Below the pieces are notes generated by a model that worked only from the letters and a program-made list of their open reading frames with translations, searched no databases and was not told the DNA's origin. Below, piece after piece: positions 35,701 through 46,400 of a stretch of 64,000 bases of DNA. How positions within the stretch are numbered: position 1 is the stretch's first letter; the number at the start of each line of letters is the position of its first letter. A program made the translations under genes and the position numbers. This DNA comes from Phallusia mammillata. Taxonomy: Eukaryota. Location: contig OZ281498.1 in assembly GCA_965637545.1 (NCBI GenBank), positions 21,018,001 through 21,082,000 of the forward strand. Direction: 5' to 3'.

Positions 35701-38700
35701 TCAAATTCTCTTTAGCTATTGGACAATCGTTGGCAATCGTCGTCACGTGATCTGATGGAGTTCCGTCGAGCTCTGACGAACCACGTGACAGCTGGACAAT
35801 TCCGCCGCTATGTGTCGCTCAAGGGCGAGTTTCTCGAGAACGACGTGTTGTTTTGGTTGGAGGTCCAGAAATACAAGGTTGAAACCATTATACTAATTAT
35901 TTGCTGTTACATACCTTAATCATGATAAAGGTTTATTGGCACACAACCTTTTTACTACTGCCGGTATAGACACAAGTTTTTATGTTTTTAAAACTGCTAG
36001 TCTGGTAATTGAGCAAAACTAAAAACGTTTTTATATCACTCCAGACCCAAAAATAATTATTTAGATCAGTTTTAGAAGCCAACAATTTCACAAAACACTT
36101 TTATCATCGCATGGCCGACATATATATTTTAGCTGTATAAATTTGTGGTCGTATGGTCGCAGGTTGTGCACCCCAGGTATAATTTTACCTCAATCACAAA
36201 CCAATAGCATTGCATATGAAACCATGTTTCTTTTTCTGTAGGACTTTTGTCACAGCCACAACGAAGCATCAGCTATCGAGAGCAAAGTGTTATCTATCAT
36301 GAATTGTTTCGTTAACTCTCACATTCCACCTTCACTGCAAATCGACATTTCCGCGGAAATGGCCGAAAAACTGATCGAGAAACGAAGAGAACTCGGACCT
36401 TACGTTTTCAGGGAAGCCCAAGTACGTCTTTCGCCTCACGTTGCTGTTTCATTTTGTTTTAATCTACGTCAGCCCGTAAGACGTCATAGTATCAAAGTAT
36501 TATAAAAGTTTTCAAATATATATTTAAAAAATATACCACCCCAATTTAGCATGTTGACGTCATTAACACATGTGGACCAAAGTATTGGTTGTGACGTCAT
36601 GGATATATTACGTCACTATGAAATAATTGCGGCAGTTTTTTAAGGCTTTAAGGATTTTTGCTTCGCTGTTACTAAGATTGTTGTTTTGTTTTTTGTAGTT
36701 GACTGTTTTCCGGGTTTTGTTTCCTTACTGGAGTCAATTCTGCGAATTCCGTAAAACCCTCGGCGAGGAGAAACTCTCTACCACCCTCGAGCGGCAGCGG
36801 CAAAAGAGGAAAGAGAAATTGCGGAAACAAATGCGAGAACAAGAGGAGGAGACGCTCAGGGTAAATAGGACTTTAATTTTGGATAAAAACAAACCCATTT
36901 TTCACCCCCCAGTTAGGAGAGACTAAGTCATTGCAAATATTTAATGCATAGTGTGGTGCTGACTTTGATCCTTAAAAGTGTCAACAAACGTTTGTTTAAT
37001 AAAAACTGTGAAAGACGTTTTTTAAAAACAAAAACTTAGCCTATAACACAGGGGTTGGCCCGCTAAACCAGGGGTGTGCAACCTTTGTCAATGTGGGGCC
37101 AAATACAATTGCCAAAATTAGATCGCGGGCCGCACGTTTATATAACACAAGGTGATTTTATTTCGTTGCATACCAAATATGATATGTCTATATTGAGTTA
37201 AAGTGCGGCCTACGATCCACTCATGGTGAAATGTATTTGGCGCATCAATGATAACGGCTGCACACTAATGGCCTACTCTATTCAAAGCTGCATGTTCCGT
37301 TTTTAAAATTAATTTTCAAATTTTGTAAAAAGCTGCAGACAGTGCACACTGTTTTGACTTATAAGGCCTCATCAGTCCAGCTGGTGATGAGAAAGATCGA
37401 CCGTATGAGCTAATGTAGCCCCTTACGACACTCCAGTTTGTTGGGTCGATGCAAGCTGAAATACCATGCCAATTATCATGTATTTGTTCGATGCTTTTCT
37501 ACTGTATTACTTTCTTAATGCCCTCTGTATCTAGGAAGAGGCAAGAGCAGCAAAAGAAGCGGCAGCGGCAACGGAAGAGTTCCCAGATCTTCTCTCCACT
37601 AGAGGGAGTGACGTACCGGAGAGCTTGGACGGTCGTCATGGCAACCAGATGTCGTGGTCGTACGGGAAATACGTGGAAAGCTTGGAACAGCAACGTTTGT
37701 TGTTGCTCATGGAGAATGAGGTCAAAGGTCGCACTCCACCCGAACCTTTACCTGATCGTGATGTCGGTAGGTTGCTATAGTAACGCTACGGTATTTTAGG
37801 AAACATTACACAAAAAATCTGTTCATTTTTATCCCCTTTTTGTTTTTGAGAAAACTTAACAAAATAATTGTAACTTTGTCTATACATCGAACCCTACCCT
37901 CTTTCCCAAAACGGGTGGTTAAATTCTAGGGTCCCACCATCGTTTCACTCCAGTCGCATTATACTCACTGTGCGCCACACTCACGCTCCCGCCACATAAC
38001 GCCTTAAAAACGGTGTAACTGCAGCGCGTTTCGCCATTATCCACCAATTGTGCCCTCCATTTTTTACGTTTAATAACGTTTCTATACGTTGGGTAGCTAT
38101 TTCCGACTTGGTGATAGGTTTAGTGCTTTTGTATTGCTATGTTGTCTTTCACGAAGGAAAATAACTGAACATCACACATTTCGTAAAATATATTTGACGT
38201 CGGAAATAACAACCAGTGCTTAATTGTGGGACTATTTTTAGCGCAAAATTTCGAAGTTTAATTTACTAAACGAAGGACTAGCGTTTTTCTTTTCTTCAAA
38301 GTTTTACTTACGCAACGTTTTATTCTATTTTTTTACATATTATTTACTGCACCTTTTAATCAGCTCATTATTCTGTCCTCAGATGTTTCCACTGTGAGCA
38401 GCGTAATGGATTCCGATGACGATGAAAGAAAATCCAAAGACTCTGACGACATATCTCTGACGTCAGAGGGGGTACCAAAGAAGAAAAAGAAAGACAAAGT
38501 AAGATAGGGGCCCTGGTACTTGGTATCCTCCCAAAAACTTGTTATATGCGCAGAACAAAACAGTGGTCTGTTTTCCCTTTTACCATGCTGTAATACTCAA
38601 TACTGTTTTTGGTCTTCTTCATAAACACTGATAAAGGCTTATTGGTTTGTTACCGAAACGTTTCAAGCATGAAAAGGCGCTTTTTTACACTGTTTGCGCC

Positions 38701-39061
38701 AATATTTTAACTTTGCAATTTTCCGCTGGATTTTAAATAAAAATGTCCTATGTTGTTAATATGATTCGAAAATGAACGCTGTGTTCAAACAACTTGTGTT
38801 AGCTGTTAGAATATGCTTATTCAACTCATATCCCTATCCCACTATTTTCTGCGTGTTTTGTTTTGCCATTAAATTACACAAATGTCGCAGATCATCATCA
38901 GCTCCGTTAAGAAGCACGACCCGACAGCCGACCAATCAAATGCCGGTAATGAGTCACGTGCTACAGATGCAACCAATCGGCGTAACGGAAAAGCGAACAG
39001 AAACGGAGCCTCCAAGAAAGAGGGAAAAGCAGTGAAAGGGCCGGCTGTCACCGTTGACTAA
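23707..39061 (+). CDS. RGS22: Regulator of G-protein signalling 22 (34 exons, ~1453 aa)
   Basis: Phase-consistent exons 23707-23731, 24429-24457, 24629-24691, 24873-25004, 25200-25307, 25422-25507, 25727-25820, 25980-26096, 26671-26838, 26914-26957, 27221-27348, 27879-27995, 28355-28539, 28703-28752, 29029-29095, 29162-29246, 29434-29554 (AAG acceptor), 29876-30037, 30343-30520, 30659-30927, 31586-31760, 32257-32358, 33189-33383, 33608-33691, 33762-33925, 34337-34499, 34896-35036, 35361-35447, 35716-35877, 36242-36421, 36699-36860, 37535-37766, 38383-38498, 38891-39061. Recognisable RGS22 segments: MPEKILTTDPP, LATDDLFVNYFNEFL, PLLLYWAPRF, PPFEDLFDEAEEYVL, KKYFFGPNSPA, LGPYVFREAQ, FCEFRK. Confidence 0.93.
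24057..24262. mobile_element. Hammerhead-bearing repeat (family 1) with two motifs in inverted orientation; Penelope-like pLTR or retrozyme remnant
   Basis: Minus motif 24113-24061: AGCTGCA ATGGTGG ... GAAA CAGT-GTGC-ACTG TC TGCAGCT (core mutated). Plus motif 24221-24262: TGCA CTGATGA GAGCTTGTAAGTC GAAA CAGTGTGCATTG (cleavage side lost). Body is homologous to 37331-37470. Confidence 0.75.
28895..28933 (+). repeat. Family-1 hammerhead repeat fragment (core deleted)
   Basis: ATAGGTC G(-----)GTGTGCACTGTC TGAAGCTTATCTTGTATT matches the stem III, cleavage site and 3' flank of the family. Confidence 0.6.
31036..31074 (-). ncRNA. Minimal type-I hammerhead motif (family 2 type), near intact
   Basis: ATATCA CTGATGA T GGCA-TGAGCATT-TGCC GAAA CGT TGA. 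Perfect stem II, palindromic AACGTT stem III, apparently missing the N17 base. Confidence 0.65.
31318..31497. mobile_element. pogo/Tigger-like MITE, copy 1
   Basis: Termini CA(G)TAAACCTCG / CGAGGTTTACTG with TA at the left flank. Body matches 57100-57294 in reverse orientation. Confidence 0.7.
31882..31914 (-). repeat. Family-2 hammerhead remnant (ATGATGA deleted)
   Basis: CTG(-------)CAAC-AGTG-GTTGTC GAAA CGTT. Confidence 0.5.
32017..32062 (+). repeat. Family-1 hammerhead 3' half plus flank
   Basis: GGTC GAAA ACAGT-ATGC-ACTG TC TGCAGCTTATCATGTATTTG. The CTGATGA half is absent. Confidence 0.7.
32721..32878 (-). mobile_element. Hammerhead-bearing repeat (family 2) with inverted tail; Penelope-like terminus
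   Basis: Minus 32813-32774: TACA CTGATGA T GACAA-CAGAGA-TTGTT GAAA C GTC TGAA, with all core positions present. The 25-bp tail at 32721-32745 is inverted at 32825-32849. Homologous copy at 61145-61234. Confidence 0.8.
37331..37486 (-). mobile_element. Hammerhead-bearing repeat (family 1), most complete copy
   Basis: Minus 37382-37331: AGCTGGA CTGATGA GGC-CTTATAA-GTC AAAA CAGT-GTGC-ACTG TC TGCAGCT (only G12>A in the core). The plus-strand flank piece TTATCATGTATTTG at 37473-37486 is identical to 32046-32059. Confidence 0.8.
38623..38666 (+). repeat. Degenerate minimal hammerhead-like motif; related inverted copy at ~39125-39165
   Basis: CTGATAA AGGCTTATTGGTTTGTTACC GAAA CGTT. G8 is mutated and the stems are weak. 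Confidence 0.4.
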
Positions 39062-39689
39062 CAAAGGCCTTTCTTCATTTGCTCTAGAAGCGGGTTGCGA
39101 CCGAGCTTTGTGCATTCAACCGTTACGAAATGTTTCGGAACCAATTAAAAGTCTTTTAACTTAGTAATAAACAGTAAAATTTAAAAAGCTTTGTCACATT
39201 GTTGTTAGGGTTTTTGAACACTTTGTTCGGTTAGTTGCACAAAAGGTGTTCGATAAACAACTTCGTTTAGTAGTTTTAAGTAAAAAATTAAAGGTTATGA
39301 TCTTCTTCACATCTTACCTATTTAGATAATCACGTACAGATATCAATTTTGCAGCAGATAGTAGGTTGACGTTTTATATATTTTTCTTATCACTGTGTTA
39401 AGTTTTTGTAGGTTTGATGCAACAATTTTTCCACAAAATTGTACACGTTTAGTATTATTATTTGAATAGTCTTTTAGTTTTATACTCCAACCGTGTAGTT
39501 TAAAGTTAATTTGGACTATATGATACAATAAATATGCTCATTATTCAATTTTTGCATGAAGTAACGTTTAGAATAATAGATTTTTATTATTTTATAATTC
39601 TTATTTCTTTAATTTTCACTGAAACTTTAGTTACGATTGTTTTTACTTCGTCTTTTTTATGTTTTTCTCAGCAAAAATACAACGTCCAA

Positions 39690-42288
39690 TTATGTGTCTC
39701 GGTTTTCTTTAACCTCATCTGTCGTCACCTGTGACGTAACATTTCGTTGCGTCATCATTGCCAATGGCGATTGAGGTCGTTCCTCGTCGTCAGTGGTAAC
39801 TGTCAGCTGACTCGTCACGCTTCGCTTCCTGCGCACAGAGTATTTGTGTTGAGTGGCAACGAAGGGACTCATCCCACTGTGCTGCGAAGGATTAGGCGAA
39901 GTTGCTCGCTGTTAAAACAAAATTGTGTTTTTACAACTTTTTCATTTCAAAACGTATGTTTAAAAACTTTAGTATAGTCTAGAAAGGATAATTCTATGAC
40001 TTATTTTTCAGGATTTTTATCAAAAGAATTGAATAGTTGCACGCACCCTGACTATAGTAACTTCTTCAGTTGATAACAGAGGTGAAGGAATTCCCAGAAC
40101 ACGAGCTTTTGTTCTTCTTCGTGACTTCCGCTTTGTAGCCACACTAAACACTCCTTGTTGTGTGTTCATAAGAGCGCTTGGCACTGCTCCCAGAATACTA
40201 ACAACAGATTTACGTTCATTTTTTAAGCAATACTTGTTTGACTGAAAGTTTGCTTCAAATTGCATGGAAATAAGTAATTGTAAACAGACACACACAAAAT
40301 TCTAAACGCTTCAATTTCAACCACAAAAGCTTCTTTATCGTAAGTAATTCGACAAAAACCACTAAAAATGTGGTGCCGGAGTAGTCTGAATTGAGTTACG
40401 ACTCAACGAAGCCGCCTTGCTAATTGTACTCAACAAGCTGACTGGAAGATTTTCAACCGTGCCGGTTACCAGCGTCCGCCATAGGCTTCTTCCGCTGTCA
40501 TGGCAACCGACACGTTGTTTTCTGGTATCTTCCAACGCACGATTATTGCGTCACACATCACGTGCGTATTAACGTCCTTGTCTCAGACCTTCCCGGGGTT
40601 ACTCGCGGTCAAGCGCAGGTAGCCCCTAAGCAAGCTCGCCACCACGTGATAATAAAGTTCGCTTTTTTATTTTGTAGCAGTGCGTATGCGGAAAACTTTC
40701 GTTTGTGGTGCGCTGGCGCGTAAATATCAAATGTGTGTTACTGAAGTTGGAGTTTACTTACTTTGATGACTTGGCCTTCCGGTTATCGGATCCAGAACTA
40801 GAGTGGTCATTGTTAGTGACAAAACTTTTGCTTTCGTCATCAGCGTGACTGTGCAAAAAATAGTGACTAAGCAAAAAGTATTTCAGTTGTTTTATGGTTT
40901 CAACGAACCTGCTGCATGCTGAAGTTGGATTGGAAATCATTTGTTCAACTATCTGCTTTTGGCTTTGATTTAAAATTACCTCTGGCAGCTCTTTGTTCAT
41001 CTACGAATCCAAATTCAGGCAGGTTAAACCACTGCAGTGCAATGACGATTACAGCAATTCACTTAAGCAACCCATAACCAACCATTTGATTGAAATCCAC
41101 GTTACAAATAGTTTTAAGCATTTCAACATCCCAAATTCGGCTGTGTCCATTCGAAGATTGAAGTAGCGATTCCAATATGTCAGTTGTGACGTCACTATCC
41201 CCGCTCTTTTCACGGATTACATCTAGTAGAGCTTGTTGTGCGATTTTCATCAGCTCAACGGCCACATTGTTAATTTCATTTGCCTCCTTGGCTACCTAGA
41301 AGCAATAACAGAGACGTCACAGTAATTGGTAAAAACTAAACCTTGCTGTATACTAGCCAGATTGGAAAGAATGGCCTGCGCGGAGGATTTATCCTCCGCG
41401 CAATAATTTGGATTTCCCCTTGTAATCCGCGCAAATTTAGGCTTTTTGCGTGTAATCCGCGCAAAAAAATGTTGTCCGCGCAACTTAGCACAGCTTAGTT
41501 ATAATAAACTTTCTTTAAAATTTTATGTTTTTGTTGCACAATGAAGTTTTATGACGTAACAAGCCTTATTTTACGAACAATCCACGTAAATCAGTCAAAC
41601 GCATCGAAACTTACCGATCGTCACGCTTGAAATAACATTTGCTAACGTAGTCGTTAATAGTACATTATGTGTATTTTTAGGACGTAGTTTGACTATTAAA
41701 GTGACTGTCGGCTGGGCAAGTTACATAAAATAATGTTTTCTGTACGACAAATAATTGAAAACAGTTAAGATCAGTTTGGCAATCATAAACTATCCCCATG
41801 AAACGAATCAGCAAAATGTTTGAATCGTTATGAAAATGAAAAATTGTAGAATCTGGCAGAACAGCTGCGTGCACAATAGAGCAAAACTGAAGATTCGTCG
41901 TGTTTATTACTTTATTTAGCTGTTCTTTTTGTCGGCTGGATAGTCTTGCAGGCGTTACATACAAATTGCGTTAATCGGTAAATCCACCTGCCAATCAAAA
42001 TTCTATCAATCCGCGCAGAAAATTGTAAATCTGCGCAAAAATCCGCGCAATTATTTTGACGAAAAAAATATCCTCCGCGCAAAAATAAAACTTTCCAATC
42101 TGGTATACTAGTACCGGTACTTAATTATTTCCTTTTTTATTTATCCCGAATAGTGTTGCAGAAAAAAGAATATCTCGAACCTTTTTAGCGTACACCTTGC
42201 AGGCTCTTGCGTGTGCCTCGGCTCGTTTAGCATCTTCACTTGATTTCGAAGCGCAAGCGGCAAGTCGTACAATTTCGTCAGCACTCAT
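39690..42288 (-). CDS. Uncharacterised protein (6-exon model, ~299 aa; may instead be two genes)
   Basis: Exons 42288-42181, 41295-41083, 41031-40980, 40918-40762, 40197-40047, 39908-39690 join in frame with canonical GT-AG sites. Helical N-terminus (MSADEIVRLAAC...AKKVAKEANEINNVAVELMKIAQQ), S/T/R-rich C-terminus. No family recognised. Confidence 0.7.
41357..42103. mobile_element. Non-autonomous DNA transposon (hAT-like, 747 bp) in intron 1 of the uncharacterised gene
   Basis: 13-bp TIR CCAGATTGGAAAG/CTTTCCAATCTGG. Perfect 8-bp TSD TATACTAG (41349-41356, 42104-42111). Arrays of (AT/CT)CCGCGCA at both ends. Confidence 0.9.
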
Positions 42289-43409
42289 ATTTATCACAAT
42301 AAACAAACGCTGGTTAGGTAATTTGGGTTGATTATTTATTCACACAAACAAGTATTATCACAATCAACCTTATTTTGTATTTGTTGCGACATAAAGGCAT
42401 TTTGCACAGTTATTGGTGGGACATATGGCAAATGGGGGTTGGGCAAAGCAGCTGTCATGCGTGGCCAGTGAAGCGTAGAATGTCACGTGGGTTGGAATGA
42501 AGACAGCGGCGCGCTTTTTGAGTTTTCTAAGTTGAGAGCTTTTGTTGAGTACCTGAAATTACAATAAGTACCGCCCGATAAAAGGGTTTGTTCAAAATTA
42601 ATTAGCCTTTATGAGTTTAGTAATATTGGTACACTGCAAACGGAACGTTCTGAGAAATTTTGAAGCGTTTTAGAAAAATTGGAAGCTTTTTTGTGTTTGT
42701 GTTTTGTCATGTTGAAAAAAAAACATTTTTTTAAGTTGTTAAACTTTTTAGACCCCTACAATACCAGAGGTTACTAAGTCAACTAGCCAGTGAAGTTTTC
42801 CAAGTTATGTAATGTATGTGTTGTTTGATTTAATGCTGTGTTAATATCTTAATAGTCACACCTTTTTAAGTTACCTAGAAATGAAATAGTTTTATCCATG
42901 TTTTCAGTTCACCAAAGTGTAGAAATATTTGAAAGTTTTATATGCAGGTTTTCTGGTTCTGTAAATATATTCGAAACTGTAGCCAGTGTTTGTAGTTTTG
43001 CAAAAGTTTTTTGAAAAGAAATGGCATAAAGTATTGTTGTTGTGGCTACCGGTGCAAAAAAGAAAAAAAGGGTAACCAACTTACCTATAGTTATTTAATT
43101 TCAAAAAGATCTTTGTTGCATTAAATATAGACCTTCATCACAAGCAACATTTGGTTTACTTCATACTTTGTTTCACAATTACGCGTTGTTTGTTGGGTCT
43201 TGTTCAGTTTTAAGCTCACCCTATTTTTTTACTTTACTTGTCGGTAGATATGTTATATGTGTATGTATACATAGTCACAATAACCTTATATTAGTTGTTT
43301 AAGCGTAGCAGTGCAAATTCAAAAAAAGATCTTTAGTATTTTGACCAAATTTACTGCACCGACACTTACAAATTATGATGAAAAATGTTGATTTAAACTA
43401 ATTCTTTGA

Positions 43410-43431
43410 CTGATGATGACAATTGTTTAAA
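43410..43431 (+). repeat. Possible family-2 hammerhead remnant
   Basis: CTGATGATGACAA(------)TTGTTTAAA versus CTGATGATGACAACAGAGATTGTTGAAA at 32809-32782. Confidence 0.4.
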
Positions 43432-46400
43432 AAAATATTTGTTAGTAAAATGAATCTGTTTCATTCTACATCGCTGGCAATTTTGTTCCTTACAAAATTC
43501 TTATGTTATATCCAACGTTTTTCACTGCGTTTTTTTATGTTTCATTACATGTAGCAATATGATTCTCCTAAACTATAACAAACAACACATAAACATGTCC
43601 TGACTTCAATTTGGTTTCAGACTATTGCCAACACAGCTCATGGGCATGGTGTTTGTCAGCAATAAAATGTTTTGGAAAAAAACGGCTAAATATAGCTGAC
43701 TGGCTATTTCAAATAGCATCTCTTGTACATTGGATTTTTTCTTGTAATAGTCACCGCACTCACAGGTTAAATAGTTTGGTGAATGTACAAGTTGCTTTCA
43801 TTATGAAAAATGGTTTTGAAGTAAGTGTTCAACTTTGTGTAGTTTGTCAAAGTTAAGTTTTTTCTTATCCAATCACACACTCCTTCTTTGTACTTTGGTT
43901 TAAGCTACCATTTGATCAGGATTTAAAACTGAACTATTCAAGTGTGCTGGCATTGAGGTTAGCTTAGAAGGCTACTGGGTGCTTTATATGTGCCTTACTC
44001 ATTTGTGATTTTGATATATAGTCAAGTGGAGTAAAAAAAAAAAAAAAAAAAAAACATTTTTTTGAAACTTTGTTGCCAAACTTTTATTTTAGGCAACAAA
44101 AGGTCAGTTTTTCTTCTCAACAAAGCTGATAGGACTACCTTTATAGTTATGTGACAAGTTTTTGATTTTACTAAAAAACCAAAAAAATATTTGACAAAAA
44201 CTGTTGTTCTTTTTTAACCCGAAAAAGGTACAAAAAAAACAATGTCGGGGTAAAAAAAAAACAAGTGGACATTAGGACCATTTAAAAAAAAATTAAGTTG
44301 CAGTTGGAACTTCAATTCAATTATATGAACTTAATAAACCATCTTAAAGTCAAAGATAAGACAGAAATTTCATTAATAACTCTGTTACAATAAATAAGCC
44401 AAAAAAACATGAGCCACATAAAATTCTTTGTTTTCGAAAATTTACAAAGCAAACTTACAGCAGTTAGTAAACTGTTTGTAAATTAATAAAACACTTTCAA
44501 ATTGGTGCTAAGACTTTCCATGGCTTTGTACCTTTATTGCACTGCATTTATTGCCTTTGATTTGGTCTTTTTTGTCATTTACCAGTCTTTTGTTGGTATG
44601 CAACTAGGTTTAAATAGAGCTCACCCACTTGCTGACCGGTCATGTAACCTAAAACCTTTTTGAAATAAAGTTTAATTTTCCACCCCAAACTGCTTGAATT
44701 ACCACGTAATGATTTGATAACCTCTTTTTCTTACTTTGTAGCATTTTTCTTTAGGCCTGGATCCCAATTTGTACTTTTAGCCATGCAGGTATACTTTTTG
44801 GTAAAAATTCCTCCAAAACTGGGCCCCAAAGCAATTTTATACAACTTTGGTTTAAGTACATGTTTTATAGGCTTTCTTTTTTATTTTCTAAACTTCCAGG
44901 TGACAAATAAAAATGTTTGGGCAAAAAAAATTTTTGGGGTGCCAAAAATACATAGTTTTTTATTACCCCATTCCTATAGAACAGTTTGGGGTAAAAACGA
45001 ACAACAAGATATCTAAAAAATTTAGAAGTGAGCCAAGTGGAGTCTTTTTTGTTTAATAGGTCATAGTTATGACACAACACAGAACAAAGGTCATTGACAC
45101 CAAACCTGTAATAAAAAATCTGCAGAAAAGTTTCTAAAGGTTGTTGAAGACTTTTTAACATACGAATTTTACTACTGTTGTTTCAACCTGCAGAACATTG
45201 CCTAGAAACAAAATCTGAGAATGGTTTATGGCTTATTTTTTAGGCAGAGAATAAATACATCATATGAAAAAGAAAGCATTTAAAAAAATTTTTTGGTTAA
45301 GCTGTGAGGGTATTGTTTTTTTTTTACCCCAACTTCAGCAAAAATTTTTTTTACCCCATTTGACTATACAAGATATTATTTGATCAAGTACAAAAAACCT
45401 ACAATGACAAAGTAAAACATAGTTTAATTCATACCAAGCCCTTATTTGTGAACAAACTTTGTAAGGTTCACACCTCAGGGTAATGTTTGCAGAACAGGTG
45501 GTTACAATCGTCCTAAAACAAAACCTTTGCTGAGTACGTGATGTGGCTAAACTTTTTGTTTGTTTAGTTGAGCTGGCTTTGGTCCTATAAGGTGTGATGT
45601 AATGTTTGAACAGGTTTGCTGAATGGCATATTGCAATGTACGTAGTGGTTTCTTTTTTTCTTTGCTCAAACATGTTACATTGTGTAGTTGGTTGAGCTGT
45701 CTTGTTTTCGGTTTTGTATGTGAAACATTTAAACTTTATTTAACAAGGACTAAGGTGAATACAGTAGAGGATATTTTTTTGATAACTTTAAAGAAAAATC
45801 TGCTGGCATATAGCTTTTTTTTTAAGGTACAGTTATAGTTTTAATTAACGGATCACTTAAAAAATACAAATCCTTACACAAAAGCCCTAATGCATTGTTG
45901 TCTTTATATCGTTAGACAAGGCAAGTCTAAAGCGTGAACCAAGGATACTTTAAATAATAATAAAACGCTACCGGTTCAAATTGGCAGACCCAACATAAAA
46001 TGACATTTATATCGAAAAAATCTTAATACATTTGACAACTTTCAATGATTTGCACACATTCAGCTCTCAGCAACAAGCCGCTGAACCATTGAAACATTCC
46101 GCAATCTCATTTATCAGTACACGTCACGGCAGCCGACGTCACAATGTTGACTTCTTGCTCCGTCATAAAAGTGTGCCGTCCAGACCTGCCCAAAGTTTTA
46201 ATAACTTTGCTCGCTTTGTTCATGCGCCCTTTGCGCTGCTCTCAAGGTATGTCTGGGAAAAAAGACTTGGCTTATATTTGTGTGAAGGCGTGTGCGCTAT
46301 ATTTGAGGATATAAATTCACAAAGGAGCCGGCTTCCGCACTTAAACGTACTTATTGGTTAAAATTACGATCTTTTTGATAAAATATTAGCCCTTAAGTAA

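Noticed and set aside
42716-44061. Poly(A) run at ~44034-44054 with a possible A9-CATTTTTT duplication at 42716
   Set aside because: The putative TSD is low complexity in a homopolymer-rich region; there is no LINE ORF.
43376-45625. C/D-box snoRNA candidates (ATGATGA 43376; GTGATGT 45539 with CTGA ~45620)
   Set aside because: Box spacing or sequence is imperfect, there is no terminal stem, and I recognise no rRNA guide.
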